Source: an uncultured Clostridia bacterium (lineage in GTDB: Bacteria > Bacillota > Clostridia > UBA1381). Taken from it: 64,000 bases of DNA. The stretch is taken from assembly GCA_947626075.1 (NCBI GenBank), contig CANQQW010000001.1, positions 14,213 to 78,212 on the forward strand, in the 5' to 3' direction. The position numbers and the translations under genes are program-made. Numbering within the stretch: the first letter of the stretch is position 1; each line of letters begins with the position of its first letter. A model generated the notes under the pieces. That model was not told where the DNA came from, searched no databases, and was given only the letters and a program-made list of their open reading frames with translations. Positions 56,459 through 64,000 of this stretch are shown here, one piece after another.

Positions 56459-57987
56459 ACAAGAAAAACGGCGGAATACTCCTGACAGCCGGATTTATGG
56501 CTGCGGTGACGCTGCTTTCCAAGGCGCTCGGACTTGTGCGCGATTCCATGCTTACAGCGTACTTCGGTTCGGGGCTTGTGTCCGACGCGTTTCTTACCGC
56601 TTCTACCATACCTACCACGTTTTTCGACGTGATAATAGGCGGAGTTATTTCCGCGACTTTCATACCTGTATTTAATGATATAATGTCTAAGCGGGGCAAG
56701 GACGACGCGATGAAATTTGTTAATAAGTTTGTCACGCTTATTGTGTCGATAACGCTTGTGATTGTCGCGGCGGGAATAATTTTCCGCGGAGCGCTTGTCA
56801 GTCTGCAAACGAATTACACGGGAGAAAAGGCGGAGCTTACGGCGACGCTTACGGCGATAATGTTCCCGATGATTATTTTTACGGGACTTGCGTTTTCGTT
56901 TGTCGGACTTTTGCAGTCGTTCGGCGAATATAAAATACCCTCTCTTATAAGCCTTGTTTCAAACGCGGCTATAATACTGTACTACCTGCTGTTCGGCTCA
57001 AAATTCGGAGTGTACGGACTGTCCGTAACAATGGTAATAGCGTGGAGCCTGCAGTTCCTGATACTTGTACCGTGGATAAGAAAATTCGGCGTAAAATACC
57101 GACCCGATTTCCGATTTAAAGATGATGATATAAAACAAACATTGCTTTTGGCGGGACCGATGCTTATATCCACATGGGTGCAGCCGCTTTACACAATAGT
57201 AAATCAGCGGTTCGCGTCAAATATAGAGTCGGCGGTTACGTACATTCAGCAGTCGAACAGACTGTATATAATAATCGTGGGTGTGTTCAGCTTTGTGGTT
57301 ACCAATCTCATCTTCCCGAAGCTTGCAAAGGCTGTGGCGGACGGCGACATGACCGAGGCGAAGCAGCTTACGGTAGGCTCTATGCGCGCGATAGTACTCG
57401 TAATAGCGCCGCTTATGGCGATTTTTATGACGCTTTCGTACCCGATTGCGTCCGTGGTGTACGGCTACGGTAAAATGGGCGCGGAGGGCGTGGCGGCGAT
57501 AAGCGCTCTTTTAAAATACTATTCCGTCGGCATGATAGGACTGGGACTTAACGAAATACTTTCCAAAGCGTTTTTCTCGCTTCATGACAGTAAAACACCC
57601 ATGCGCAATTCCATAATAAGCATGGTTGTGAATATAGCGTTCGCGTTTATATTCTACAACATAATGTCAACTAACGGACTTGCCCTTGCGGCGGCGCTCG
57701 GTTCAATAGTGAACGCGGCGCTCAACTGGTTCTGTATAGCAAGGAAGTACCCGGATATGATTAAAGGCTCCGACGTGCTCAATATGATAAAGGCTGTGAT
57801 TTCGGCGGCTGTAATGTTTGCGGTGATGTACGCGATTTACAATCTTTTGGCAGGACGCTTCGACGGACTTATAGGAAATATTGTAATCTGCGTTCTTTGC
57901 TCGGCTGCGGGACTTGTATCTTACGCATTGCTGCTTCTTGTTACGGGCGAGCAGGATATAAAAAATATTTTAAGAAAGAGAGGGTGA
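56455..57987 (+). CDS. murJ: MurJ/MviN flippase
   Basis: SKALGLVRD..AYFG...SDAF, ATFIPVF, FFSLHDSKTPM. Confidence 0.92.
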   Translation: MNKKNGGILLTAGFMAAVTLLSKALGLVRDSMLTAYFGSGLVSDAFLTASTIPTTFFDVIIGGVISATFIPVFNDIMSKRGKDDAMKFVNKFVTLIVSITLVIVAAGIIFRGALVSLQTNYTGEKAELTATLTAIMFPMIIFTGLAFSFVGLLQSFGEYKIPSLISLVSNAAIILYYLLFGSKFGVYGLSVTMVIAWSLQFLILVPWIRKFGVKYRPDFRFKDDDIKQTLLLAGPMLISTWVQPLYTIVNQRFASNIESAVTYIQQSNRLYIIIVGVFSFVVTNLIFPKLAKAVADGDMTEAKQLTVGSMRAIVLVIAPLMAIFMTLSYPIASVVYGYGKMGAEGVAAISALLKYYSVGMIGLGLNEILSKAFFSLHDSKTPMRNSIISMVVNIAFAFIFYNIMSTNGLALAAALGSIVNAALNWFCIARKYPDMIKGSDVLNMIKAVISAAVMFAVMYAIYNLLAGRFDGLIGNIVICVLCSAAGLVSYALLLLVTGEQDIKNILRKRG

Positions 57988-57991
57988 TGAA

Positions 57992-59869
57992 ATGAACAGT
58001 GTTATTTTATCTTCGCTGGCGTCATTTTTCGGGACGCTCGGCGCGTGGTTTAAAAACAGCGCCTTGTACGCGCTATTTATGAAAATCTATACAGCCGTAA
58101 GCAATTCATGGAAAAACAGCGCCGTTATGACTTGGATACGCTCCGCGAAAAGCGACGGCGCATCGGTCAAAAGCGCGTCGGCTAAGGTTCTTTTCAGTCC
58201 GTTTGCGCTGCTTGACGTTCTGCGCGGTAAGGCGGGCGAGTTTTTGGATAAAAACATATCGCAAAGCTTTATATGCGTGTGGGCTAAAACGTATATGCAA
58301 AACTTCATGGCGGTGAACACAAGATTTTTCGGTATTATGCTTATAGCCATGGCGTTTTCGTACTGCGCGGCTTCGCGCCATATTTCAAAAATAGCGCTTA
58401 TTGCGGGCGCTGTCGGCGCGGTATTATGTATCGTAAACTACAATCTTATGTCATTTCTCAATCCGAGCAAATTCGTCGGTATAGTAAAGAGTATGGCGGG
58501 ATTTAAGGACCTTGACTTTGAATTTTTTGACGAAACAAAAACGCACGGCATACTGCGCCTCGTACTCGCTTTGGCTGCGGGACTTATAACCGGCGCGGCT
58601 GTGAGCTTCAACGCGCTTTACGGCGCGGTCATACCGTTTGCCGTATTCGGACTTGTGCTTGTGATGTATGCTCCTATTACGGGTGTGTACGCGGCTGTCT
58701 TTGCGGCGCCGTTTGTACCCACAATGATACTTGCCGGCTTGTGCCTTTGGACAACGCTTTCGCTTATTATAAAATCCGTAAGCAAGAGCGATTTCAAATG
58801 GCGATTTGACGGGGTGGGTATGTGCCTGATACTGTTCCTGCTTGTACTGTTAATGTCATCGGTTATGTCGTTTGCGAAAGTGGACAGTCTAAAGGTATGG
58901 GCGATGTACTTCGTCTTTGTAATATTCTATTTTACGGTCATAAATTCCGTTAAGACAAAGGAACAGCTTTACGGAGTTTATAAGCTGCTTGCCATATCGG
59001 GCGCGCTTGTCGCACTGTACGGAATAATGCAGTATATTTTCGGCTGGACGACAAGCAATTCATGGATTGACGAGGAAATGTTTGAGGACTCCGCTATGCG
59101 CGTATACTCGACGCTCGGCAACCCGAATGTGCTCGGTGAATATTTGCTGCTTGTCCTGCCGGTAGCGGCTGTGTTTATGTTAAAGGACAGATGGAAAGAG
59201 CTTTCCAAATGGACGTACGGCGCTATGTTCCTTGTACTCGCGCTGTGCCTTGTGCTTACGCAGTCACGCGGATGCTGGATAGGTTTTATGGTAAGCGTTG
59301 CGATTTTCGTTACGTTTTATGAGGGTAAATGGTGGGGACTTATTCCTGTTGTGATATGTATATTGCCGTTCGTCGTGCCGCAGACGGTAGTTGACCGTAT
59401 AATGAGTGTCGGCAATATGGAAGATACGTCCACATCGTACAGAGTATATATATGGCTCGGGACACTCGGCATGATGCGCCATTACTGGTTCGGCGGAATA
59501 GGAATGGGCGAGGCGGCGTTCGCGCACGTCTATCCGTTCTTTTCGTATAACGCTATACTTGCCCCGCACTCGCACAACACGTTTTTACAGCTTCTTGTTG
59601 AGGCGGGTATAGGAGGCTTGGGAATATTCGTTGTAACGCAGGGCGTGTTCCTAAAAAAGATGTCGCTCGTCTACAGAAACGGCAACAAAAAGAGCACAGA
59701 TTCAATGCTCGCGCTGGCGGCGGCGAGCGGTGTTGCCGGATTTCTCGTACAGAGTATGTTTGACTATACGTTCTATAATTACAGAGTAATGGCAATGTTC
59801 TTTATGATTATGGGGCTTGGCATGGCGCTTCGTCACATAGCCGTTCCGTATAGGAGGACTAACGAATGA
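57992..59869 (+). CDS. O-antigen-ligase-like (WaaL/Wzy_C) membrane protein
   Basis: RVYSTLGNPN, LTQSRG, SYRVYIW, GGIGMG, HSHNTFLQ. Confidence 0.88.
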   Translation: MNSVILSSLASFFGTLGAWFKNSALYALFMKIYTAVSNSWKNSAVMTWIRSAKSDGASVKSASAKVLFSPFALLDVLRGKAGEFLDKNISQSFICVWAKTYMQNFMAVNTRFFGIMLIAMAFSYCAASRHISKIALIAGAVGAVLCIVNYNLMSFLNPSKFVGIVKSMAGFKDLDFEFFDETKTHGILRLVLALAAGLITGAAVSFNALYGAVIPFAVFGLVLVMYAPITGVYAAVFAAPFVPTMILAGLCLWTTLSLIIKSVSKSDFKWRFDGVGMCLILFLLVLLMSSVMSFAKVDSLKVWAMYFVFVIFYFTVINSVKTKEQLYGVYKLLAISGALVALYGIMQYIFGWTTSNSWIDEEMFEDSAMRVYSTLGNPNVLGEYLLLVLPVAAVFMLKDRWKELSKWTYGAMFLVLALCLVLTQSRGCWIGFMVSVAIFVTFYEGKWWGLIPVVICILPFVVPQTVVDRIMSVGNMEDTSTSYRVYIWLGTLGMMRHYWFGGIGMGEAAFAHVYPFFSYNAILAPHSHNTFLQLLVEAGIGGLGIFVVTQGVFLKKMSLVYRNGNKKSTDSMLALAAASGVAGFLVQSMFDYTFYNYRVMAMFFMIMGLGMALRHIAVPYRRTNE

Positions 59870-60990
59870 AGATAAAGGTCATAGAGGTATCTTCAGATAC
59901 GAATATAGGCGGAGCGGGGAAGTGCCTGATTACGCTGCTCGAAAATTTTAATTATGATAAGTTTGACATAAGCGTGATACTGCCAAAAAACAGTCTGTTA
60001 AAACCTCGTATAGAAGAAATGGGGATAAAGGTAACCGAGGCGGACGGTATAGCAGACAAGTCGCTTGATATGTCGGCGGTCAGAGAGCTTATGCGCATAT
60101 TCAAACGCGAAAAGCCGGATATAGTTCATACCCACGCGAGTATGTCGGCAAGAATAGCGGCAAGATTTGCGGGCGCAAAGGTGGTTTATACGCGCCACAG
60201 CGTATTCCCGCCGCCTCCGCGCATATCGAAAGGTATAGGCAAGGCTGTAAACGGCGCGATAAACAATTACTTTGCGGACAAGATAATCGCGGTTGCTCAG
60301 GCGGCTAAGGAAAATCTTACCGATACTGGTGTTGACGAGAGTAAAATTAAGGTCATTTTAAACGGTGTGGACGGACTTTCACCCGTGTCCGAGGACGAAC
60401 GGCGCATAATTAAGGAACGCTTTAACCTGCCCGATACATGCAAGGCAGTGTCGATAGTGGCGCGGTTGGAGGACATCAAAGGACACGAGTATTTTATAGA
60501 CGCGGCCGATAAGCTTTTGCGCAAAGGCTGCAAATTAAGATTTTATATCGCCGGCACAGGTTCTTACGAGCAGTATTTAAAAGAAAAGGTAAAGAACCTT
60601 AACCGTCGGGAGCAAATAATATTCACCGGCTTTATTACCGACGTGGACAAGCTGATGTCGGTTACCGATATACAGGTAAACGCGTCTTACGGGACGGAGG
60701 CAACGTCGCTGGCGTTGCTTGAGGGCATGAGCTTGGGTATTCCTGCCGTGGTATCGGATTTCGGAGGTAATCCCGGAGTTATTCGGGACGGAGTAAACGG
60801 ATTTGTGGTACCGAAACGAAATGCGCAGGCGCTCGCAGACGGTATAGAAAAGCTGTTAAATGACGACGGGCTTTACGCGCGTATGTCGGAAAACTCAAAA
60901 AATATATTCGCAAAAACCTTTACCGCCGAGGCTATGACGCGGCAAACAGAGGACGTGTACAGTAGTTTAATAAATAAGGAGGGCGTTTAA
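59866..60990 (+). CDS. GT4 glycosyltransferase
   Basis: IGGAG, PDIVHTH, ARLEDIKGH, EATSLALLEGMSLGIPAV. Confidence 0.92.
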   Translation: MKIKVIEVSSDTNIGGAGKCLITLLENFNYDKFDISVILPKNSLLKPRIEEMGIKVTEADGIADKSLDMSAVRELMRIFKREKPDIVHTHASMSARIAARFAGAKVVYTRHSVFPPPPRISKGIGKAVNGAINNYFADKIIAVAQAAKENLTDTGVDESKIKVILNGVDGLSPVSEDERRIIKERFNLPDTCKAVSIVARLEDIKGHEYFIDAADKLLRKGCKLRFYIAGTGSYEQYLKEKVKNLNRREQIIFTGFITDVDKLMSVTDIQVNASYGTEATSLALLEGMSLGIPAVVSDFGGNPGVIRDGVNGFVVPKRNAQALADGIEKLLNDDGLYARMSENSKNIFAKTFTAEAMTRQTEDVYSSLINKEGV

Positions 60991-61458
60991 ATGTCAGAGA
61001 AGAAAGCAAGATTTACAGTGGTAGACGCTGTAATAATAGTGGTTGTTTTGGCAGCTGTGGTAATCGGCGCGATAAAGCTTTTACCGTCGCTTATAAATAC
61101 TGCCGAAACGGAAAAGGTAGACTTTACGGTACTTATACAGAATGAGGACGAAAGCTTTGCCGATGCGGTAACCGTAGGCGACAGAGTAACGATAAGCCTT
61201 ACCGAAAAGGACGGCGGCATTGTTAAGGACGTAAGGACGGAGCCGGCAAAAACTCTCGCGTATAACAGTATCGACGGCACATATGCGAACGAAGTAATAG
61301 ACGGTAAATACGACGTGTACGTAACCGTGGAGGCGGATATGGAGATTAACGACCTCGCCTTGAAGGCGGGCGGAACTCCCGTCAAGGTGGGCGCGGAAAT
61401 CCCCGTGCGCGGCAAGGGCTACGCCTCAATGGGCTACGTAATAGAAATCAACGATTAA
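60991..61458 (+). CDS. Membrane-anchored hypothetical protein (DUF4330-like)
   Basis: RFTVVDAVIIVVVL N-terminal TM; paralogous to the next gene. Confidence 0.75.
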   Translation: MSEKKARFTVVDAVIIVVVLAAVVIGAIKLLPSLINTAETEKVDFTVLIQNEDESFADAVTVGDRVTISLTEKDGGIVKDVRTEPAKTLAYNSIDGTYANEVIDGKYDVYVTVEADMEINDLALKAGGTPVKVGAEIPVRGKGYASMGYVIEIND

Positions 61459-61472
61459 GGAGGAGATAGAAC

Positions 61473-61958
61473 ATGGATAAGAACGGAAAAATAAAGGGTA
61501 AAGTAAGCATTATAGACATTCTTGTTATTCTTCTTATCGTCGTTGTGATAGCGGGCATAGGCGCGCGCTACGGAAGCCGCATAACGTCGGCGGTAAAATC
61601 GGATAAGGAATTTGAATATGTGCTTAGAGTGGAGAATGTAAGAGAATATACGGTAAACGCCCTGCAGCGAAAGGGAAAAATCACGGATAAAAAGTCGGAA
61701 AAGGACTTGGGTGAAATCACGGATGTGCGCGTTGAGAACGCGGTGCAGCAGTCCGTAACCGCGTCGGGAGAGGTGAAGTTCAGCGAGCTTCCCGACCGCT
61801 ACACCTGCTTTGTGACGATCATAGGCAAGGGTAAGGAATCGGATGACAATTACATTTTAAACGATACCACGGAGCTGTCGGTGGGCAGAAATATCGACCT
61901 CTACTCAAAGTATGTAAAAACATCGGGAGATATAGAGAGCGTAAAGGTAGTTGAGTAA
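61473..61958 (+). CDS. Membrane-anchored hypothetical protein (DUF4330-like)
   Basis: MDKNGKIKGKVSIIDILVILL N-terminus. Confidence 0.78.
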   Translation: MDKNGKIKGKVSIIDILVILLIVVVIAGIGARYGSRITSAVKSDKEFEYVLRVENVREYTVNALQRKGKITDKKSEKDLGEITDVRVENAVQQSVTASGEVKFSELPDRYTCFVTIIGKGKESDDNYILNDTTELSVGRNIDLYSKYVKTSGDIESVKVVE

Positions 61959-61962
61959 ATCA

Positions 61963-62005
61963 AAAAATAAGGGTACGCACCTCACTCATGCGTACCCTTA
62001 TTTTT
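61963..62005. terminator. Intrinsic terminator
   Basis: 17-bp stem AAAAATAAGGGTACGCA / TGCGTACCCTTATTTTT. Confidence 0.85.
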
Positions 62006-62095
62006 ATGCGCGTAAAGGGACATACTCATTTTTACCCTGCGTGGAATATACTGAAATAGGTAACATAATATATTTAAGAGAGGATAGGTGCGGAT

Positions 62096-62320
62096 ATGAA
62101 TAAGCTTGAAAAAATATTAAAGGACTTTGATGAGAACCAGTTAAGAGAAATAAACAAATTTTTAAATTCCGCTGACGGCAGAAGACTAAAGAATCAGATA
62201 AATTCCTGCGACAAGGAACGGCTTATGAACGAATTTTCAAAGCTTGACCGGAATGAGGTCAAAAGAAGAATATCAGGCTTAAGCACGGCGGAGTTAATGA
62301 AAATAATGAAGAATTTATAA
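62096..62320 (+). CDS. Small hypothetical protein
   Basis: 74-aa helical ORF with RBS-like AGGTG. Confidence 0.7.
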   Translation: MNKLEKILKDFDENQLREINKFLNSADGRRLKNQINSCDKERLMNEFSKLDRNEVKRRISGLSTAELMKIMKNL

Positions 62321-62350
62321 TTCCTGAAGTTATTGTAAGAGGTGACAAAA

Positions 62351-62659
62351 ATGGCTGACGCAATGGATACTTTAAAAAATATTTTGGGTGATGACGCCGA
62401 AGATAAAATTAAAAGCGTAATGAGCTCTATTTCTTCGACAGGCAATGAGGGAAACGGTGGATACGGCAGCGCGGAAAGTCTTAATCAGATTATGCAGATG
62501 AAAGATTTAATGCAAAATCTGACGATGAACAGAAACGACCCGCGCACCAATCTGCTTCTGTCCTTAAAGCCGTATATGCGCAGCGGCAGACAGCGCTCGA
62601 TAGATTCGGCGGTACGGCTTATAGGTCTCACGAGCGTCGCGAGGCTTTTAAGGCAGTAA
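62351..62659 (+). CDS. Small hypothetical protein (possibly spore-associated)
   Basis: DPRTNLLLSLKPYM..RQ..ID motif common in clostridial small proteins. Confidence 0.7.
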   Translation: MADAMDTLKNILGDDAEDKIKSVMSSISSTGNEGNGGYGSAESLNQIMQMKDLMQNLTMNRNDPRTNLLLSLKPYMRSGRQRSIDSAVRLIGLTSVARLLRQ

Positions 62660-62678
62660 TATTTCCGTTGGGGGTGGT

Positions 62679-62975
62679 GTGATGTACAGAACTTACAGCT
62701 ATAACGATATGCCGCAGCCGGTACATAAACGCAGGGAGGAAAAACGCGATGAGGGAAAGGAGGAGAAACGGCAAATAGCTTCTCCGCCGCCACCGCCGCA
62801 GCATCCGAAACGGTGCGAGGAGAAAAGAGAGGGACTTTTGGGCGGTATTTTAGACGGATTGGAAACGGATGACATAATACTGATAGTTATAGTTGCTGCG
62901 CTGCTTATGGACGACTGCGATGACAAGCTGCTTCTTATCGCACTGGCGTTTATCTTCTTTTCCGAGTGGTTTTAA
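62679..62975 (+). CDS. Small hypothetical protein (possibly spore-associated)
   Basis: Pro-rich middle; DDIILIVIVAALLMDDCDDKLLLIALAFIF C-terminus. Confidence 0.7.
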   Translation: MMYRTYSYNDMPQPVHKRREEKRDEGKEEKRQIASPPPPPQHPKRCEEKREGLLGGILDGLETDDIILIVIVAALLMDDCDDKLLLIALAFIFFSEWF

Positions 62976-63093
62976 CGCAGGTTTTACATATAAAAAACAA
63001 AAAAACGTATAAATTTCACCAAAACAGGAAAATAATATACCTGACAGAATAAAAAGAAATGCGGATATAAAGCATTTCACGGAGGTATGGTTA

Positions 63094-63480
63094 TTGGTAT
63101 ACGAGCCTAAATTTTATAAATGCGGCGAATGCGGCTCAATACTTGAGGCGATAACGCCGCAGTGCTGTGATGAATTAAACTGCTGCGGAAAATCTATGGC
63201 GCTTTTACGCGCAAACGAGATGAGCGCGCTTGAGGAAAAGCATATACCTGTGATAAAAAGGGAAGGCAGAAATCTTACGGTTTGCGTCGGACGTGTGCTG
63301 CACCCGATGAGCGGTGAACATAGTATTTTGTGGGTGGAGGTAAAGAGCAAGTATCGTGAGCAGCGCGTCACGCTCAAAAAGGGTGACGACCCGATAGCGA
63401 TATTTGAGATTCCCGAAAATGAGAAAGTCACGGTATATTCGTACTGCAATTTGCACGGACTTTGGAAAATGTCGGCATGA
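63094..63480 (+). CDS. Desulfoferrodoxin / superoxide reductase
   Basis: YKCGECG..CCG, EKHIP, HPM..EH.I.W, YCNLHGLW. Confidence 0.93.
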   Translation: MVYEPKFYKCGECGSILEAITPQCCDELNCCGKSMALLRANEMSALEEKHIPVIKREGRNLTVCVGRVLHPMSGEHSILWVEVKSKYREQRVTLKKGDDPIAIFEIPENEKVTVYSYCNLHGLWKMSA

Positions 63481-63488
63481 TTTGTTTC

Positions 63489-63530
63489 GTAAGCGTTACA
63501 AACAAAATATGTAACGCTTACATTTTTTTT
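63489..63530 (+). terminator. Intrinsic terminator
   Basis: GTAAGCGTTACA-N9-TGTAACGCTTAC followed by T8. Confidence 0.85.
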
Positions 63531-63608
63531 ACATCGTGTAATTTTGTTGATTTATCCAAAAATCTGTTATATAATTCAGACATAGGATAAAAGGGAATTT
63601 AAAAGTAA

Positions 63609-63646
63609 AAAAGCTGACAGAAGGCACTGCGCCGCTGTCAGCTTTT
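63609..63646. terminator. Bidirectional terminator hairpin
   Basis: AAAAGCTGACAG / CTGTCAGCTTTT just past the stop of the minus-strand gene. Confidence 0.8.
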
Positions 63647-63659
63647 CCCTTATCATAAG

Positions 63660-63998
63660 TTATTTAAATATCATTTCTAGCTTTTCAGGCTCTATTGACT
63701 GCGCCGGACTGAACGCGTCTGATGACACGTATTTAAAAATACTGTTTTTGAGCGCCGCGGTGGATTTATCCTTTGCATCAAGGTCTATACCGCAAAAGAG
63801 CAAACTCGCATTTTTGACTTTGGCTTCAAAGAGCGGAGAACGGCGCACATTATAGAAGAAGTTCGGCACCGGCTCTATAAGGTATTTGAATTCTTTGCCG
63901 AGCGCCGACACATCCGCGGCTACCGAATTGTCCATCGGATGCTTCCATTGGAAATTCGCGTGACGCTCGGTGGGGAAAAGGTCAAACAGCGGATGTTC
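63660..63998 (-). CDS. C-terminal part of a probable glycoside hydrolase (GH2-like); 5'-partial
   Basis: Frame open to the window end (EHPLFDLFPTERHANFQW...); motif resembles C-termini of large GH2-type sugar hydrolases. Confidence 0.55.
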   Translation of the reverse strand, partial: EHPLFDLFPTERHANFQWKHPMDNSVAADVSALGKEFKYLIEPVPNFFYNVRRSPLFEAKVKNASLLFCGIDLDAKDKSTAALKNSIFKYVSSDAFSPAQSIEPEKLEMIFK

Positions 63999-64000
63999 GC

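Overview
Low-GC Firmicute (Clostridia, probably spore-forming) chromosome segment. Positions 1 to ~22.4 kb are the right part of an integrative, probably conjugative element inserted just upstream of hrcA. It carries a 5'-truncated giant LRR/Ig-like/SLH surface protein, a sigma-70-like factor, a SAF/CpaB-like membrane protein, a ribosomal-S1-like multi-OB protein, PrgI, VirB4, a small winged-helix-like protein, a RusA-like protein, a winged-helix Rep/relaxase candidate, an NdpA-like protein, Xis and a tyrosine integrase. Its intergenic DNA holds two candidate structured RNAs, several intrinsic terminators, an 11-bp-phased repeat array and a candidate origin. The rest is core genome: CIRCE-hrcA-grpE-dnaK, dnaJ followed by HisD and HisB paralogues with altered catalytic motifs, an orphan Fe-S hydro-lyase beta subunit, MATE, two secreted proteins, GSIII glnA, tRNA-Ser, secDF, rnr, recR-ybaB-dnaX, SRP RNA, rnmV-ylxM-ffh-rpsP-khpA-rimM-trmD, an intact sigK-like gene, a YARHG protein, a GT4-CsaB/murJ/ligase cell-wall polymer locus, superoxide reductase and a partial glycoside-hydrolase-like gene. 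GTAG-type REP-like palindromes and a ~43-bp tandem repeat also occur. All family calls come from motif recognition by eye; no database searches were run.
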